Of a DNA stretch of 44,251 bases, positions 9,403 to 18,786 are shown piece after piece (position 1 is the stretch's first letter; each line of letters opens with the position of its first letter). The position numbers and the translations under genes are program-made. The notes below the pieces were generated by a model. It was given only the letters and a program-made list of their open reading frames with translations. It did not search any database and was not told the origin of the DNA. Source of the stretch: a virus; IMG/VR virus record IMGVR_UViG_3300031566_000100, positions 1-44,251 of that record. One strand, given 5' to 3'.

Positions 9403-10287
9403 TTAATGTCCTATTGCTATCCAAAAGACATCGGTAGTAAATTGCGTGCCATTCCTTATGGTCATTGCTGCTGCACTTATTGCGGTAACTGATGCGCTCT
9501 CATTAATATTAGCTCCTGTTAAAGTAACGAAAGCACTTATAATATTATTTGAGAAACTGGCTCCGGCAATTGCAAAGGTTACTACCGTCGTGCCAGCACC
9601 AGGTACAGATACTTTGCCAGTTTTTATGCTTAAGCCACCAATAAAATCGTGGTCTTGGCCACCGGCATAAGCAGGGTCGGTTTGGTCATCGACATATTTT
9701 TTATTGGCAACCTGCGCATCCGCCGCCGGGGCGCCTGATGTTGCAAGTGCCGAAGTATCCGGCAAAGTGGTAACAGCCCCTAAAGTAATACCGTTACTGG
9801 TATTGACTTTGGCTATATTGATATTGGCGGTGTTGGCGACATTTCTGCCCTGCAAATAAGCATCATTGGTAACAATGCCTTTTGTAAAAACGGGTGAAAC
9901 AGAAAACGTCTGCGTTAATGCCCACGTATGGATTGCCGCTACCGCCACAGCGATAATCTCGGTCGATACAGGCGTCCACGTGGGCACGGAGTAATCGGTT
10001 AAGATATTGAATTGGTTATCCGGTGAACTATTGGTATCGACCCACAATGACCCGTTATCTTCTGCGGTAAAGGCCGTACCGTCCACCCTTGCAGTCGGCG
10101 CCGAATCCTGAAAAAAGGGTCGTGCCGAACCTTTCCTGTGGTGCATCTGGTCGGCTACTGTGCCGCCGGTAGAAAACTCATGCTCCCTGTTACAGGCCGT
10201 TTCGAGGGCATCCTGGTTGGTGCGCACGTGGTCATCGAGTGATTTGGCCTTTATCCCTGTAGCCGGATTCGCTTTGTTCCAGGCCAT
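9403..10287 (-). CDS. Tail fibre-like protein
   Basis: N-terminus MAWNKANPATGIKAKSLDDHVRTNQDALE...H...GG and the internal VANKKYVDD motif are typical of phage fibre proteins; Thr/Ala/Asn-rich beta sequence. Confidence 0.55.
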   Translation of the reverse strand: MAWNKANPATGIKAKSLDDHVRTNQDALETACNREHEFSTGGTVADQMHHRKGSARPFFQDSAPTARVDGTAFTAEDNGSLWVDTNSSPDNQFNILTDYSVPTWTPVSTEIIAVAVAAIHTWALTQTFSVSPVFTKGIVTNDAYLQGRNVANTANINIAKVNTSNGITLGAVTTLPDTSALATSGAPAADAQVANKKYVDDQTDPAYAGGQDHDFIGGLSIKTGKVSVPGAGTTVVTFAIAGASFSNNIISAFVTLTGANINESASVTAISAAAMTIRNGTQFTTDVFWIAIGH

Positions 10288-10288
10288 T

Positions 10289-10912
10289 TTAGTACCCCTT
10301 AACTAAAAGTTTTGCATCACAGGTTACCGTTGTCGCCACAATAATCATCACATCGGCGCCCTGTAAATCCACCCGGCCTTCGGCAACAAGGCCGTTTGTC
10401 GGTGATTTTGCAGTCCAGGCACTGCTCCAGCAATACTCGGTAATGGTCAGGGTATCTGCCATCTCATAACCGCTCATTGTTGATACCTGTTGGCCGATTA
10501 CAAATGCCAACTGGCCGGCATTTACCAGCTCGCAATTAGTTCCGCCGGGGCCTAAAGTGCCCAGGTATATCTGGTAGGTTATAGTCCCCTCGTTGGTTAT
10601 CCCCATACACCGGAACCGGGCGCTGTTTGCCCGACTCGGTATTGCATAAATCGAAATTTCATCATCACCGCTTGACGCCGCCGCTATGGCCGCAACAACT
10701 GCAGTGTATGTGCGCTCATCTGCAGCAAGGGCTGTCGGTTCAGTCCCGTCACTTGTTGTGGAATCCACAACCACCCACGCCTGTTGAGCGCTGTGGAGTT
10801 GGCCCGGGTCAACCATAGAACCTTTTTTGTCATAAGTGTACATGCCCTCAATCGCCCAAACCACGCAAGTTAGCAGGAAGATTATTAAAAATATCGAAGC
10901 ATATTTTTTCAT
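10289..10912 (-). CDS. Hypothetical exported protein (Sec-type signal peptide)
   Basis: MKKYASIFLIIFLLTCVVWA/IEG signal-like N-terminus; AAGGAG SD 7 nt upstream of the ATG. Confidence 0.6.
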   Translation of the reverse strand: MKKYASIFLIIFLLTCVVWAIEGMYTYDKKGSMVDPGQLHSAQQAWVVVDSTTSDGTEPTALAADERTYTAVVAAIAAASSGDDEISIYAIPSRANSARFRCMGITNEGTITYQIYLGTLGPGGTNCELVNAGQLAFVIGQQVSTMSGYEMADTLTITEYCWSSAWTAKSPTNGLVAEGRVDLQGADVMIIVATTVTCDAKLLVKGY

Positions 10913-10924
10913 TTCAATTTCTCC

Positions 10925-11752
10925 TTATTCGTATCTTGACCGGTTGCGGTCTTTTGTTTCCAGGTAATTCATGTCTTCCCCGTTGACGTAAAGCCAGCTA
11001 ATCTCAGCCTGTGTCAATGCACGGTTAAACAACATAAAATTATCGAGAACAAAAACTGTATGTTTGCCTGTCTCCTCATAAGAGCCATCTGGAGCACCTA
11101 TAAAGATGTCCGAACCCGCATAACTGACATCTGCAGCACTTGTAAATCCTATTACAGGGCCATCCAAAACCGCGTTGTTGTAAATGTATGCCTTTTTTGC
11201 CGTGCAATCACGCACCATAGTTATCATGTGCGGAGTGTCATCTGCGTAATGAGATGTATTCAACTCGATATTATCTCCAATCCCCAAAGAGAAATCTATA
11301 TCTGACCCCTCTACGTTTTGCAGGTGTATTCTAAGTTCATCACCCTTGTAAAAAACTACGCTCTTATCACTACCCAAAGATGCAGACTTCAGCCAAAAAC
11401 AGACAGTATAGCTGCCCGTACCAAATTGAATGGCCGGGCAATCTGGAATTTGAATAATCCCAAAATTCCCCAGTGGGAAATCATTGATTGTGAAAGCTCC
11501 AGAACCAACCAAACCTGTCACATGGCTGTAGCTGGTGTCTTCCATATTGTCTGGCGGGTCAAAGCCCTCGAAAATGGCGTGCATCGTTGCGTGGTTTCCA
11601 TAAGGTGAGCTGTCGAGAACAACATTGCTGTCGGCGTTGTCGTTGCACTTCAGTTGCAGCACACAATAGTTCCGCAGGGTTTCGTACCGTTGCCTGTCTG
11701 CGTATGCGGTCATTGCCAGAAACAACAAAATGTAGAGTATTTTCTTCATCAT
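10925..11752 (-). CDS. LamG (concanavalin A-like lectin/glucanase) domain protein with signal peptide
   Basis: MMKKILYILLFLAMTAYA/DRQ signal; C-terminal LDNFMLFNRALTQAEISWLY matches the LDEVRIYNRALSxxEI signature of Laminin_G_3 domains; TAATG overlap with the upstream gene. Confidence 0.7.
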   Translation of the reverse strand: MMKKILYILLFLAMTAYADRQRYETLRNYCVLQLKCNDNADSNVVLDSSPYGNHATMHAIFEGFDPPDNMEDTSYSHVTGLVGSGAFTINDFPLGNFGIIQIPDCPAIQFGTGSYTVCFWLKSASLGSDKSVVFYKGDELRIHLQNVEGSDIDFSLGIGDNIELNTSHYADDTPHMITMVRDCTAKKAYIYNNAVLDGPVIGFTSAADVSYAGSDIFIGAPDGSYEETGKHTVFVLDNFMLFNRALTQAEISWLYVNGEDMNYLETKDRNRSRYE

Positions 11753-12408
11753 TAAAACCTCGGCACAGCCCTTGCCTGGCTGATTTGTTTCAATAGTGGA
11801 CGGTTAATCTGCTGGATATGCCACTGGTACGTAGGCACAAGTTCTTTTGCTTCATCGGTTTCGTTATTGTCCATACGAATCAAAATGGCGGTTCCGTAGG
11901 CAATAGCAGGCCCCCAGCGGACATCAAGAGGCACCAAAGAATCACTTGACAAGGCAGCGGGTTTCAAGTCCGCCGCCATCTTGACGGTATAAACCGCATC
12001 AGCCTTCGGTGCTGCATAGAGGATATTGTTATACAGTAAAAACGCTGCGGGCTGGTTTTCCTCCGCTGTTTCATCTGTACTGTCCGCCGGGTACAGTTCA
12101 AAGAATTTGTCCTTGTTCAAATAAAGGGTAGCATTGGAGACATAATCATCCGAATCGGTAACTGTAAGCGGTGTGCTGATAGTAATAACCGTTTCACCAA
12201 GTGTATATTCCCCGCCGTCACCGCTGGCCGTATCGAATGAGTACCAGCCTTTTATTTTTGCCGCATAAACATCTGTCGGGAACTGGTTACGGTAAAAATC
12301 GTTGATTAAATCATTGATGTCGCTGTCCGATAAATCCGCCGTATCCTGTCTTTGACATAGTTTGCGTACCTTCGCCCGTATTTCCGCTAAAGTCCAGGTG
12401 ATGGACAT
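11752..12408 (-). CDS. Hypothetical virion protein (possible head-tail adaptor/tail tubular A-like)
   Basis: 218 aa. N-terminus LAEIRAKVRKLCQRQDTADLSDSDINDLINDFYRNQFP resembles adaptor-type proteins; call rests on size and position. Confidence 0.35.
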   Translation of the reverse strand: MSITWTLAEIRAKVRKLCQRQDTADLSDSDINDLINDFYRNQFPTDVYAAKIKGWYSFDTASGDGGEYTLGETVITISTPLTVTDSDDYVSNATLYLNKDKFFELYPADSTDETAEENQPAAFLLYNNILYAAPKADAVYTVKMAADLKPAALSSDSLVPLDVRWGPAIAYGTAILIRMDNNETDEAKELVPTYQWHIQQINRPLLKQISQARAVPRF

Positions 12409-12437
12409 TGTCTTGCCTCATAAAGTAAATCCGTAGT

Positions 12438-12467
12438 AATGGATGGGGCGGTTAAGCCCCACCCATT
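12438..12467 (-). terminator. Intergenic GC hairpin (attenuator or RNA-stabilising stem-loop candidate)
   Basis: aatggatggggc ggttaa gccccacccatt: 12-bp stem with one mismatch, between the 1412-aa ORF stop and the next start; no clean U-tract on the minus strand. Confidence 0.3.
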
Positions 12468-12479
12468 AAAGTTAAACTG

Positions 12480-15400
12480 TTAATCGCCATCGGCAACCGG
12501 GTCAAGCAGACCGCTCTTGTTGTCTTCACCTGATACGTAGTTCTCAAACAGCCACATTGCGTCAACATCGGTCAAAGCGGCCGCAATCGAAGTCGTACCT
12601 GCCAGATAGTTGTTTTTCATAATGCCGGTTGTTGCAGCATTAAGGTCAACGGCAATCACCCCTTGATTACAAAAGGTATTGCCAATCAAAGTAAGGTTAC
12701 GAGAAGCCGCAGCAGTTGCCAGAAATGCACCCGTCAAGTATGTGCCGTTCGCTATATTATTCTCGAAGATACTGTCATCAGATGAACCAGCTAACAGGAT
12801 AGCATTTGCACATCCGCCGGCGGCATAAGTCGAAAAGTAACAGTTCTTAACCTGAACATCTGAACAGGTAGTTGCAATGCTTATACCGATTACCAGTTCT
12901 TCGGCAGCAGCGCCGTCCCGGAAATAACAACCGTCAACTACCAAACCATCCGCCCCAGCGGCGGCGGTAATGCCGACAGCACAGTCAATAACATCAGACT
13001 CTATTTTTAAGCCTTTAAGTGTAACATTCGCAGCAGTTACGCTTATGGTCGCAGCGGCATTGTCCAAAATGAATACCGGCATCTGGTTATCAGTAGCGTC
13101 GCCGGCAGCTACAGTAGCGAAAGATGAACCACTACTTATGCCGATAATCGAAACACCCGCAACATCAGCCGTAAATATAGCACCGGTATCCTCGGTCTCT
13201 TTATGGCCTTGCGCGACATAGATAATATCGCCTCGGTTGGCAGAAGTTAAATCCATAGCGGCATCGATGGTATTCAAAGCAGTTGCCCACGTTCCACCGC
13301 CACCGGCAGTTGCACCGGAATCAACATAGATAATCCTGCCTGTACCTTCGATAGCTGGATTAGTTACTGGAGCGGACGGGAAAAGGAAACCCGATTCATC
13401 GATAACGTGCGAAATATAGTTGTCAAAGCATTGCAGTGAGCCAGGGTCTATACAAGTCCCGTATGTGGGCGTGTAACATTTATTGCCGTACATCGTACCT
13501 AATGCGGTCGTAGTAAGTTTTATCGCGTAATCAGAAGGTGAATAGTTGTAAATCGTGTTGTTCCGTATCATCAGGTTAGTATCAATCTTGGTGGAGTGAA
13601 TAGCCGCCGTTGTAAAAGTACCATGAAACTGGCAGTCCTCGATTATCAGGTTATCAACCGGGTTGCTGATATTTTCAATAGCGGCTACGTGAGCGCCAAC
13701 GGCGGTATCATTGATGAATTGACACCTCGTAAACCGGACATCATCACATCCACCCGCCAAAGTAATGAGATTGGTGAACTCGTTGGTGGTGTTGTTCCTG
13801 AATACACAGTCCTCGAAAGTCGCACCATCAGAACTGGCATCCAAACTAATGCCCACAGTATTGTCCTGAGTAGAGGGCGTGAAGATAAGGTTTTTATATT
13901 TCACATCAGGTACAGTGTGAGCAAGGCTATCGTTTGCGGTATCAAATGTAAATATCGGCCTTGATTCACCAACGCCTAAACCAATTATCGAAATACCAGC
14001 CTTATTAACAGCTACAGAACCGACGATATTCTCTGCGTGATTTGAAGCTACAAAGATATATGCGCCCGTGTTAGTGGTTGCATCGCCTATGGCAAGAACC
14101 AGCGTAGCCTCGGCGTCAAGCCAACTTGTACCAAGACCACTGCCACCAGCAACGCTTGCGTCAACGTAAAACACATTGTCAGCAGTAGAATCTATGCCAA
14201 GCTGGGCCGCAATATCATCGGTCTGCTTTTGCAGCCATTCGAGCCGTTCAAGATTAGAACCCGCAGCAACTTCGGTAACATCGGAAGTTTCGGCGCTTAG
14301 CGGTATGGCTATAGCCTGCTGGTCTATAGCGTCAACTCCAAGATTGCCTGAACATTTCAAAGAACCAGGGTCGAGCATCGTCAGATAAGAATCGGAGTAC
14401 AACGTATTATTTACCAGGACACCAGTTGCAGCAGCGCTCAACTGAATAGCGTATTTAGTCGATGTGGTGTTACTTGTCACGTTGTCTATAATCGACAGAT
14501 TCGTACAGACCTGATTTGAGTAAATAGCGCCATTCGCAAACTCACCAAATAAGTTACAGCCGGTTATCGTACATCCGTCAATGGTGCCATCCGTAAGGTC
14601 GATAAAACAACTGGCGTGAGCGGTGGTAGCGTAGGTATTGTGGTATGTGCAGTCCTTAACGGTTAGTTGGAAAGCCGTTGCGTCAACGTCAATACAAATC
14701 ACAAATTCCTCGTTATTAGCCTCACCTCTAATAAACGAGAGGTTCTCAAGCGTGCAGCCGACACCCGTAGATTCAACCCGGAAAACGGTAACTACCTGGT
14801 CAGCGCCAGGTTCAAACCGAATGTTCTTCATTGTAACACCGGCGCCGGTAATAGTGATTTCATCGGTGGATGCATCACAGGTCATCAACGGTCGGGCATC
14901 GCCTTCACCCATACCGATAACCGTAAGATTGGCTACATCTATAACGACATCGCCTATCTCCTCATCGTGGCCGTCAGCGATATAAATTACATCGCCGGCT
15001 GAACTGGCTGCCTCGGCAGCAGCGAATGTCAGGTGGGCGTTTTCCAAAATCAGACCTGTAGCATCACCAGCCGCCCCACTATCAACGTATCGAACCACTC
15101 CCGCGCAACCTAATATCGTATCGTCTTTGAGGTTCAATTCGTCCTGGCGGAAAACCCATATACCATCGCCTGTTGTTACCTTTGCGGTAAATGCTTCACT
15201 GACGGTAAATGTGCCTGTTGCCGAAACATAGTCGATAATATCAAAAATCTCACCTTCAGGGGCTGAGCCAACACCGGAAATATCCAGCATACATTTTAAC
15301 GACCATCCGGTATTGAAGTAATCATTACCAAAATTGGCTAACGTAGTACATTCTACTATGACGGTACTGGCAGGGTCGCTTGTAGCGGACGCCGCGAAAC

Positions 15401-16718
15401 CAGTAGCGTCTATAGAGGCAATCGCTGTGTTGATACCAGACAATGTGGCCGGTATGTCCGTTCCTGTATCTACCTCGATAGCATCGGCTGTTGCCTGCAC
15501 TGCTGCTGTCGCAGTGGCAGTCGAACCGGCTGTAGCCGAACCAAAAAGTATTGTCTGCAACTCGGCTGTAGTATCCCATAACGCGGTATCGGCAAGTATC
15601 GCATCAAGGTCGGTCTGGGCAAGAACGAAGTCCCCAAAGATACTATCTCCTGCGGTTCCGGCGGCATCGCCCCTGTAGGGGCCGAACATAGTCTCGAAGT
15701 TCCTCGTCTCGACATTCTCGGTCTGCATTGCTATATTGTCGGGTGATACGAACATAGCATCGCCGACAAGAGCAAAACCAGCGCCGTTGGCGTAACACTT
15801 GTTGCCAATCAAAGCGCCGTTAGCAGAACCATGTAATTGAATTGTCTTGCCTGCTGTGGCGTCCAGGTTGACAACATAGTTACCGACAATCATTATCCCT
15901 GTTGAAAGAGCGGTTGTATGGTCGATAACAGGACCGCTCCAGGTGCCGATGAATGTATTGTTCTGAATGACCGTCTTATCGGAGCCGCCCGCAAAAGTAA
16001 TCGCAGAGGAAGGGTTGGCGCTGTCTGTGCCTATAAATCTATTATAGGCAAAAGTCAGATAGTCGGCGTCAGCGGCGACACTTACCATTATCAACTGTTC
16101 CATCGTATTGGACGTTTCCCAGAAATCACAGCCGATAATCCGGGCGCCGTCACCATCTGCGGTAATAACTACGCCTGCCGTTACGCCGCCGGTATAAGCA
16201 CCTAAAATACGAATGTTGTAAAGCGTCACATCGGCTGCACTAATTGTCAGTTCGGCACCGGCGTCCGTTATCAGGGAAAGTTGCGGCATATCTTCACCAG
16301 AGCCGATTCCAACGATAGTAATGCCGGCTATATTCGCATTGAGGGCAGAGGCGGCATTTATGTTTTCCTTGTGTCCCTGCGCGACGTAAATAATATCTCC
16401 GGCATTACCCGTACACAGGGCAATACCTTCCTTCAATGTATCAACTGCCGTTGCCCACGTAGTGCCCGCACCATCTGCGGCGGCGCCACTATCGACATAA
16501 AAAATACTTCCTGTGCCGGTATTGTCGTACAGTCCGCCACTGAGGGCCTGCAGGGCAGTTACTTCGGAATCCAGTGTCCCTATCCGGTCGTTGAGCAATC
16601 TTTCGAGTAATCGTGGATTGCTCACGTTCCGGTAGTTGATGTCAAATTCGCCCAAACATACGACAGCAGGCAATACCGTCAATACAAACATAATTAACAA
16701 ACATTTCAATCTGTTCAT
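12480..16718 (-). CDS. Giant exported protein with four tandem right-handed beta-helix (pectate-lyase-fold) modules; depolymerase/tailspike-like
   Basis: Signal-like MNRLKCLLIMFVLTVLPAVVCLG. A module entry motif recurs four times (IFYVDSGAAADGAGTTWATAV..GDIIYVAQGHKENI; VRYVDSGAAGD..GDVIYIADGHDEEI; VFYVDASVAGGSGLGTSW..AYIFVASNHAENI; IIYVDSGATAGGGGTWATAL..GDIIYVAQGHKETE), each followed by N/G/T-rich coil repeats. Confidence 0.7.
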   Translation of the reverse strand: MNRLKCLLIMFVLTVLPAVVCLGEFDINYRNVSNPRLLERLLNDRIGTLDSEVTALQALSGGLYDNTGTGSIFYVDSGAAADGAGTTWATAVDTLKEGIALCTGNAGDIIYVAQGHKENINAASALNANIAGITIVGIGSGEDMPQLSLITDAGAELTISAADVTLYNIRILGAYTGGVTAGVVITADGDGARIIGCDFWETSNTMEQLIMVSVAADADYLTFAYNRFIGTDSANPSSAITFAGGSDKTVIQNNTFIGTWSGPVIDHTTALSTGIMIVGNYVVNLDATAGKTIQLHGSANGALIGNKCYANGAGFALVGDAMFVSPDNIAMQTENVETRNFETMFGPYRGDAAGTAGDSIFGDFVLAQTDLDAILADTALWDTTAELQTILFGSATAGSTATATAAVQATADAIEVDTGTDIPATLSGINTAIASIDATGFAASATSDPASTVIVECTTLANFGNDYFNTGWSLKCMLDISGVGSAPEGEIFDIIDYVSATGTFTVSEAFTAKVTTGDGIWVFRQDELNLKDDTILGCAGVVRYVDSGAAGDATGLILENAHLTFAAAEAASSAGDVIYIADGHDEEIGDVVIDVANLTVIGMGEGDARPLMTCDASTDEITITGAGVTMKNIRFEPGADQVVTVFRVESTGVGCTLENLSFIRGEANNEEFVICIDVDATAFQLTVKDCTYHNTYATTAHASCFIDLTDGTIDGCTITGCNLFGEFANGAIYSNQVCTNLSIIDNVTSNTTSTKYAIQLSAAATGVLVNNTLYSDSYLTMLDPGSLKCSGNLGVDAIDQQAIAIPLSAETSDVTEVAAGSNLERLEWLQKQTDDIAAQLGIDSTADNVFYVDASVAGGSGLGTSWLDAEATLVLAIGDATTNTGAYIFVASNHAENIVGSVAVNKAGISIIGLGVGESRPIFTFDTANDSLAHTVPDVKYKNLIFTPSTQDNTVGISLDASSDGATFEDCVFRNNTTNEFTNLITLAGGCDDVRFTRCQFINDTAVGAHVAAIENISNPVDNLIIEDCQFHGTFTTAAIHSTKIDTNLMIRNNTIYNYSPSDYAIKLTTTALGTMYGNKCYTPTYGTCIDPGSLQCFDNYISHVIDESGFLFPSAPVTNPAIEGTGRIIYVDSGATAGGGGTWATALNTIDAAMDLTSANRGDIIYVAQGHKETEDTGAIFTADVAGVSIIGISSGSSFATVAAGDATDNQMPVFILDNAAATISVTAANVTLKGLKIESDVIDCAVGITAAAGADGLVVDGCYFRDGAAAEELVIGISIATTCSDVQVKNCYFSTYAAGGCANAILLAGSSDDSIFENNIANGTYLTGAFLATAAASRNLTLIGNTFCNQGVIAVDLNAATTGIMKNNYLAGTTSIAAALTDVDAMWLFENYVSGEDNKSGLLDPVADGD

Positions 16719-16753
16719 TGTCGTATCCTCATTTTAATTACTTAATTGTTACC

Positions 16754-17080
16754 TTATCCTTCACTTGCAGGTATGTCCGGCAGCCTTTGAACTATGACAC
16801 GGTGATAAGTTCCAACAACAACGATGCTCTGCCCGGACTCTTGACCTTCTTTATAGGCTTTGCGAGGCATCGCCAGTTTCTCCAAGTGGTCAACTACGCT
16901 TTCCGGCAGCGTACATTCCCCGGTGTTTATGACCGCGTAAGGTGTGCCTTCATAGTTAAATTGCCAGTCCGCGCCCTCGGCCAATTCCTTGTTGGTTATT
17001 TTTACTCTTACCAGCCGGTCTTGTTTTTTCGGGGCCGCCGTTTCCGGTTTGAGCGGCGCCTCTAATGTTGCTTTTGCCAT
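16754..17080 (-). CDS. Hypothetical protein (108 aa), head-proximal
   Basis: ORF tiles the gap downstream of the capsid genes; no motif. Confidence 0.5.
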   Translation of the reverse strand: MAKATLEAPLKPETAAPKKQDRLVRVKITNKELAEGADWQFNYEGTPYAVINTGECTLPESVVDHLEKLAMPRKAYKEGQESGQSIVVVGTYHRVIVQRLPDIPASEG

Positions 17081-17111
17081 AACATACCCTTTCAGTTAAT
17101 TATTCGGTTTT

Positions 17112-17768
17112 TTAACTAAGGTCTTCGCAGCGTTGAAATCTGTAAGCTTCAACGTAATATATAGCATCGGTTGTAACTACACTTGCACCTATCGTGATAC
17201 CGAGACCTTTGTTGGCAACGAGATTCTCCTCACGGCACATCCAGATATTATCACTTGCATCAGTAGTTGTTTCGCCTGGTACTGTACCCCATGTTGGTTC
17301 GGCCCCGGATGCAGAAGCACTTTTAGTTATCAACTCATAGACATAACCGTTATGAGTTGTCGGCCTGACAACCGTACCGATAACCGTAGCTGACCTGGCT
17401 GTACCAACCGAATCGTAATCGGCAGTTATGTCGTAATTGCCATAAATGTCGGTCTTTGTCAGTTTGCCGGTCGATGGGTCTTCGAGTAAAACTTGCGGTG
17501 TCTTGGCGCCGTCATAGGCTTTGATTCCACTGGATTCGGTGGTGATTACAGTCGTAACACCAGCTCCGTCAATATCAATACCGTTTTCAGAGACTGAGGC
17601 CTCGTAAGTAACGTCAGTACCATCTTCCATCATCTCGCCAAACCACTCGAAAAACATCGGAGTGGTTGCATGAAGTTCGGTTATTCTAACTTTTTGCGGA
17701 ATAAAACCGAGGTCAAGATTGACTGCCAAAGCAGACCCCTTTAGTTTAAGTAAAACAGGTTCAAACAT
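17112..17768 (-). CDS. Hypothetical virion protein (possible capsid decoration)
   Basis: 218-aa ORF immediately downstream of the major capsid gene; GAEPTWGTVPGETTTDASDNIWMC motif is common in phage structural proteins. Confidence 0.45.
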   Translation of the reverse strand: MFEPVLLKLKGSALAVNLDLGFIPQKVRITELHATTPMFFEWFGEMMEDGTDVTYEASVSENGIDIDGAGVTTVITTESSGIKAYDGAKTPQVLLEDPSTGKLTKTDIYGNYDITADYDSVGTARSATVIGTVVRPTTHNGYVYELITKSASASGAEPTWGTVPGETTTDASDNIWMCREENLVANKGLGITIGASVVTTDAIYYVEAYRFQRCEDLS

Positions 17769-17808
17769 CGTTAAACTCCTTATTAACTTTTATCAACTTG
17801 AATTTTTC

Positions 17809-18774
17809 TTAACTTCTGCGCGTCACCTTCAGCACAATTACGTTGTTATCGTTCAGGATTCGGCAGGCATACATAAACTTCCAGGCAGCGGTTTGTCTCT
17901 GGTCGCCAGGGTCGGCTGAACCTGCTGAACCTTTGCCGTGCATAATCAATTTGGCATTTGCCTTTTTCAGGTCAACGATGCCGTAAGCGTTTTTGGTAAG
18001 GACCACGATATAGAAGTATGTCCCCGCTGTTGCCGGAAACGCTTCGGTTGCGGAACCTTCCTTGTGTGCAAGGCTCGATGCAAGGAACCTTACCTCACCA
18101 ACAGAGCCGCGCTCTGCTTCCATTACCCCTGTTTGTCTGGCATATTCTGAAGTATTCAGGAACCCGCTTACCTTTTTCAGGTCACTATTGAGCTGGGTGT
18201 GCATCAATGCCCAGTAGGCCGCCATAATCGGCGAAGTTCCCTGCCCGGTGCTTGCCCGTATCATCGGTGCTACCGGACGCGCATCATTGTTTTGCAGCGT
18301 GTTGGCAATAGTGTCGATGTCGTCTTCGTTCAGGCATGTAATCGGGTCCGCTCCATGCGATGCGGTAATGGCTGACGCCGTAGTTACCAGCACGTTTCGC
18401 GTCAATTCGTCCTCAGTGCGATACATCTGGTCGTTAAGTTCACTGACCCCCACATTCAAAATCTTGTTTTCGCAGGTAAATTCGAGGACGTCGGTAATGT
18501 GAATATAATCCATATATTGAGCCAGCGTTGCGCTGATGTCCTGCTTGCTGAGTCTTCTCCCCGGGGGTGTAACACCTTCTGAAATTTCAGTAGTCGCGGT
18601 CGGCAATTGTGCATACCGTCTCCACTTTGCCGTTTTGCCTGCTCCTGAAGGTATGTCGAACCTGTCCGCAAACAGGGCATGAATCAGGTAGGCTTTATTT
18701 CGCACCAGCAGCATCCTCATAAAATAAGCCATTACTGCCGGCGTTATTACTGAAGTAGTTGTAAGATTATCCAT
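17809..18774 (-). CDS. Major capsid protein (HK97 fold, N4-gp56-like family)
   Basis: 321 aa directly after the scaffold gene. GAGKTAKWRRYAQLPTATTEISEGVTPPGRRLSKQDISATLAQYMDYIHITDV matches the conserved G-x-T-x-x-f-R-Y...L-x-E-G-V-x-P...Q-Y-G block of this capsid family; AAGGAAG SD. Confidence 0.8.
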   Translation of the reverse strand: MDNLTTTSVITPAVMAYFMRMLLVRNKAYLIHALFADRFDIPSGAGKTAKWRRYAQLPTATTEISEGVTPPGRRLSKQDISATLAQYMDYIHITDVLEFTCENKILNVGVSELNDQMYRTEDELTRNVLVTTASAITASHGADPITCLNEDDIDTIANTLQNNDARPVAPMIRASTGQGTSPIMAAYWALMHTQLNSDLKKVSGFLNTSEYARQTGVMEAERGSVGEVRFLASSLAHKEGSATEAFPATAGTYFYIVVLTKNAYGIVDLKKANAKLIMHGKGSAGSADPGDQRQTAAWKFMYACRILNDNNVIVLKVTRRS

Positions 18775-18786
18775 ATCGGTTCTTCC

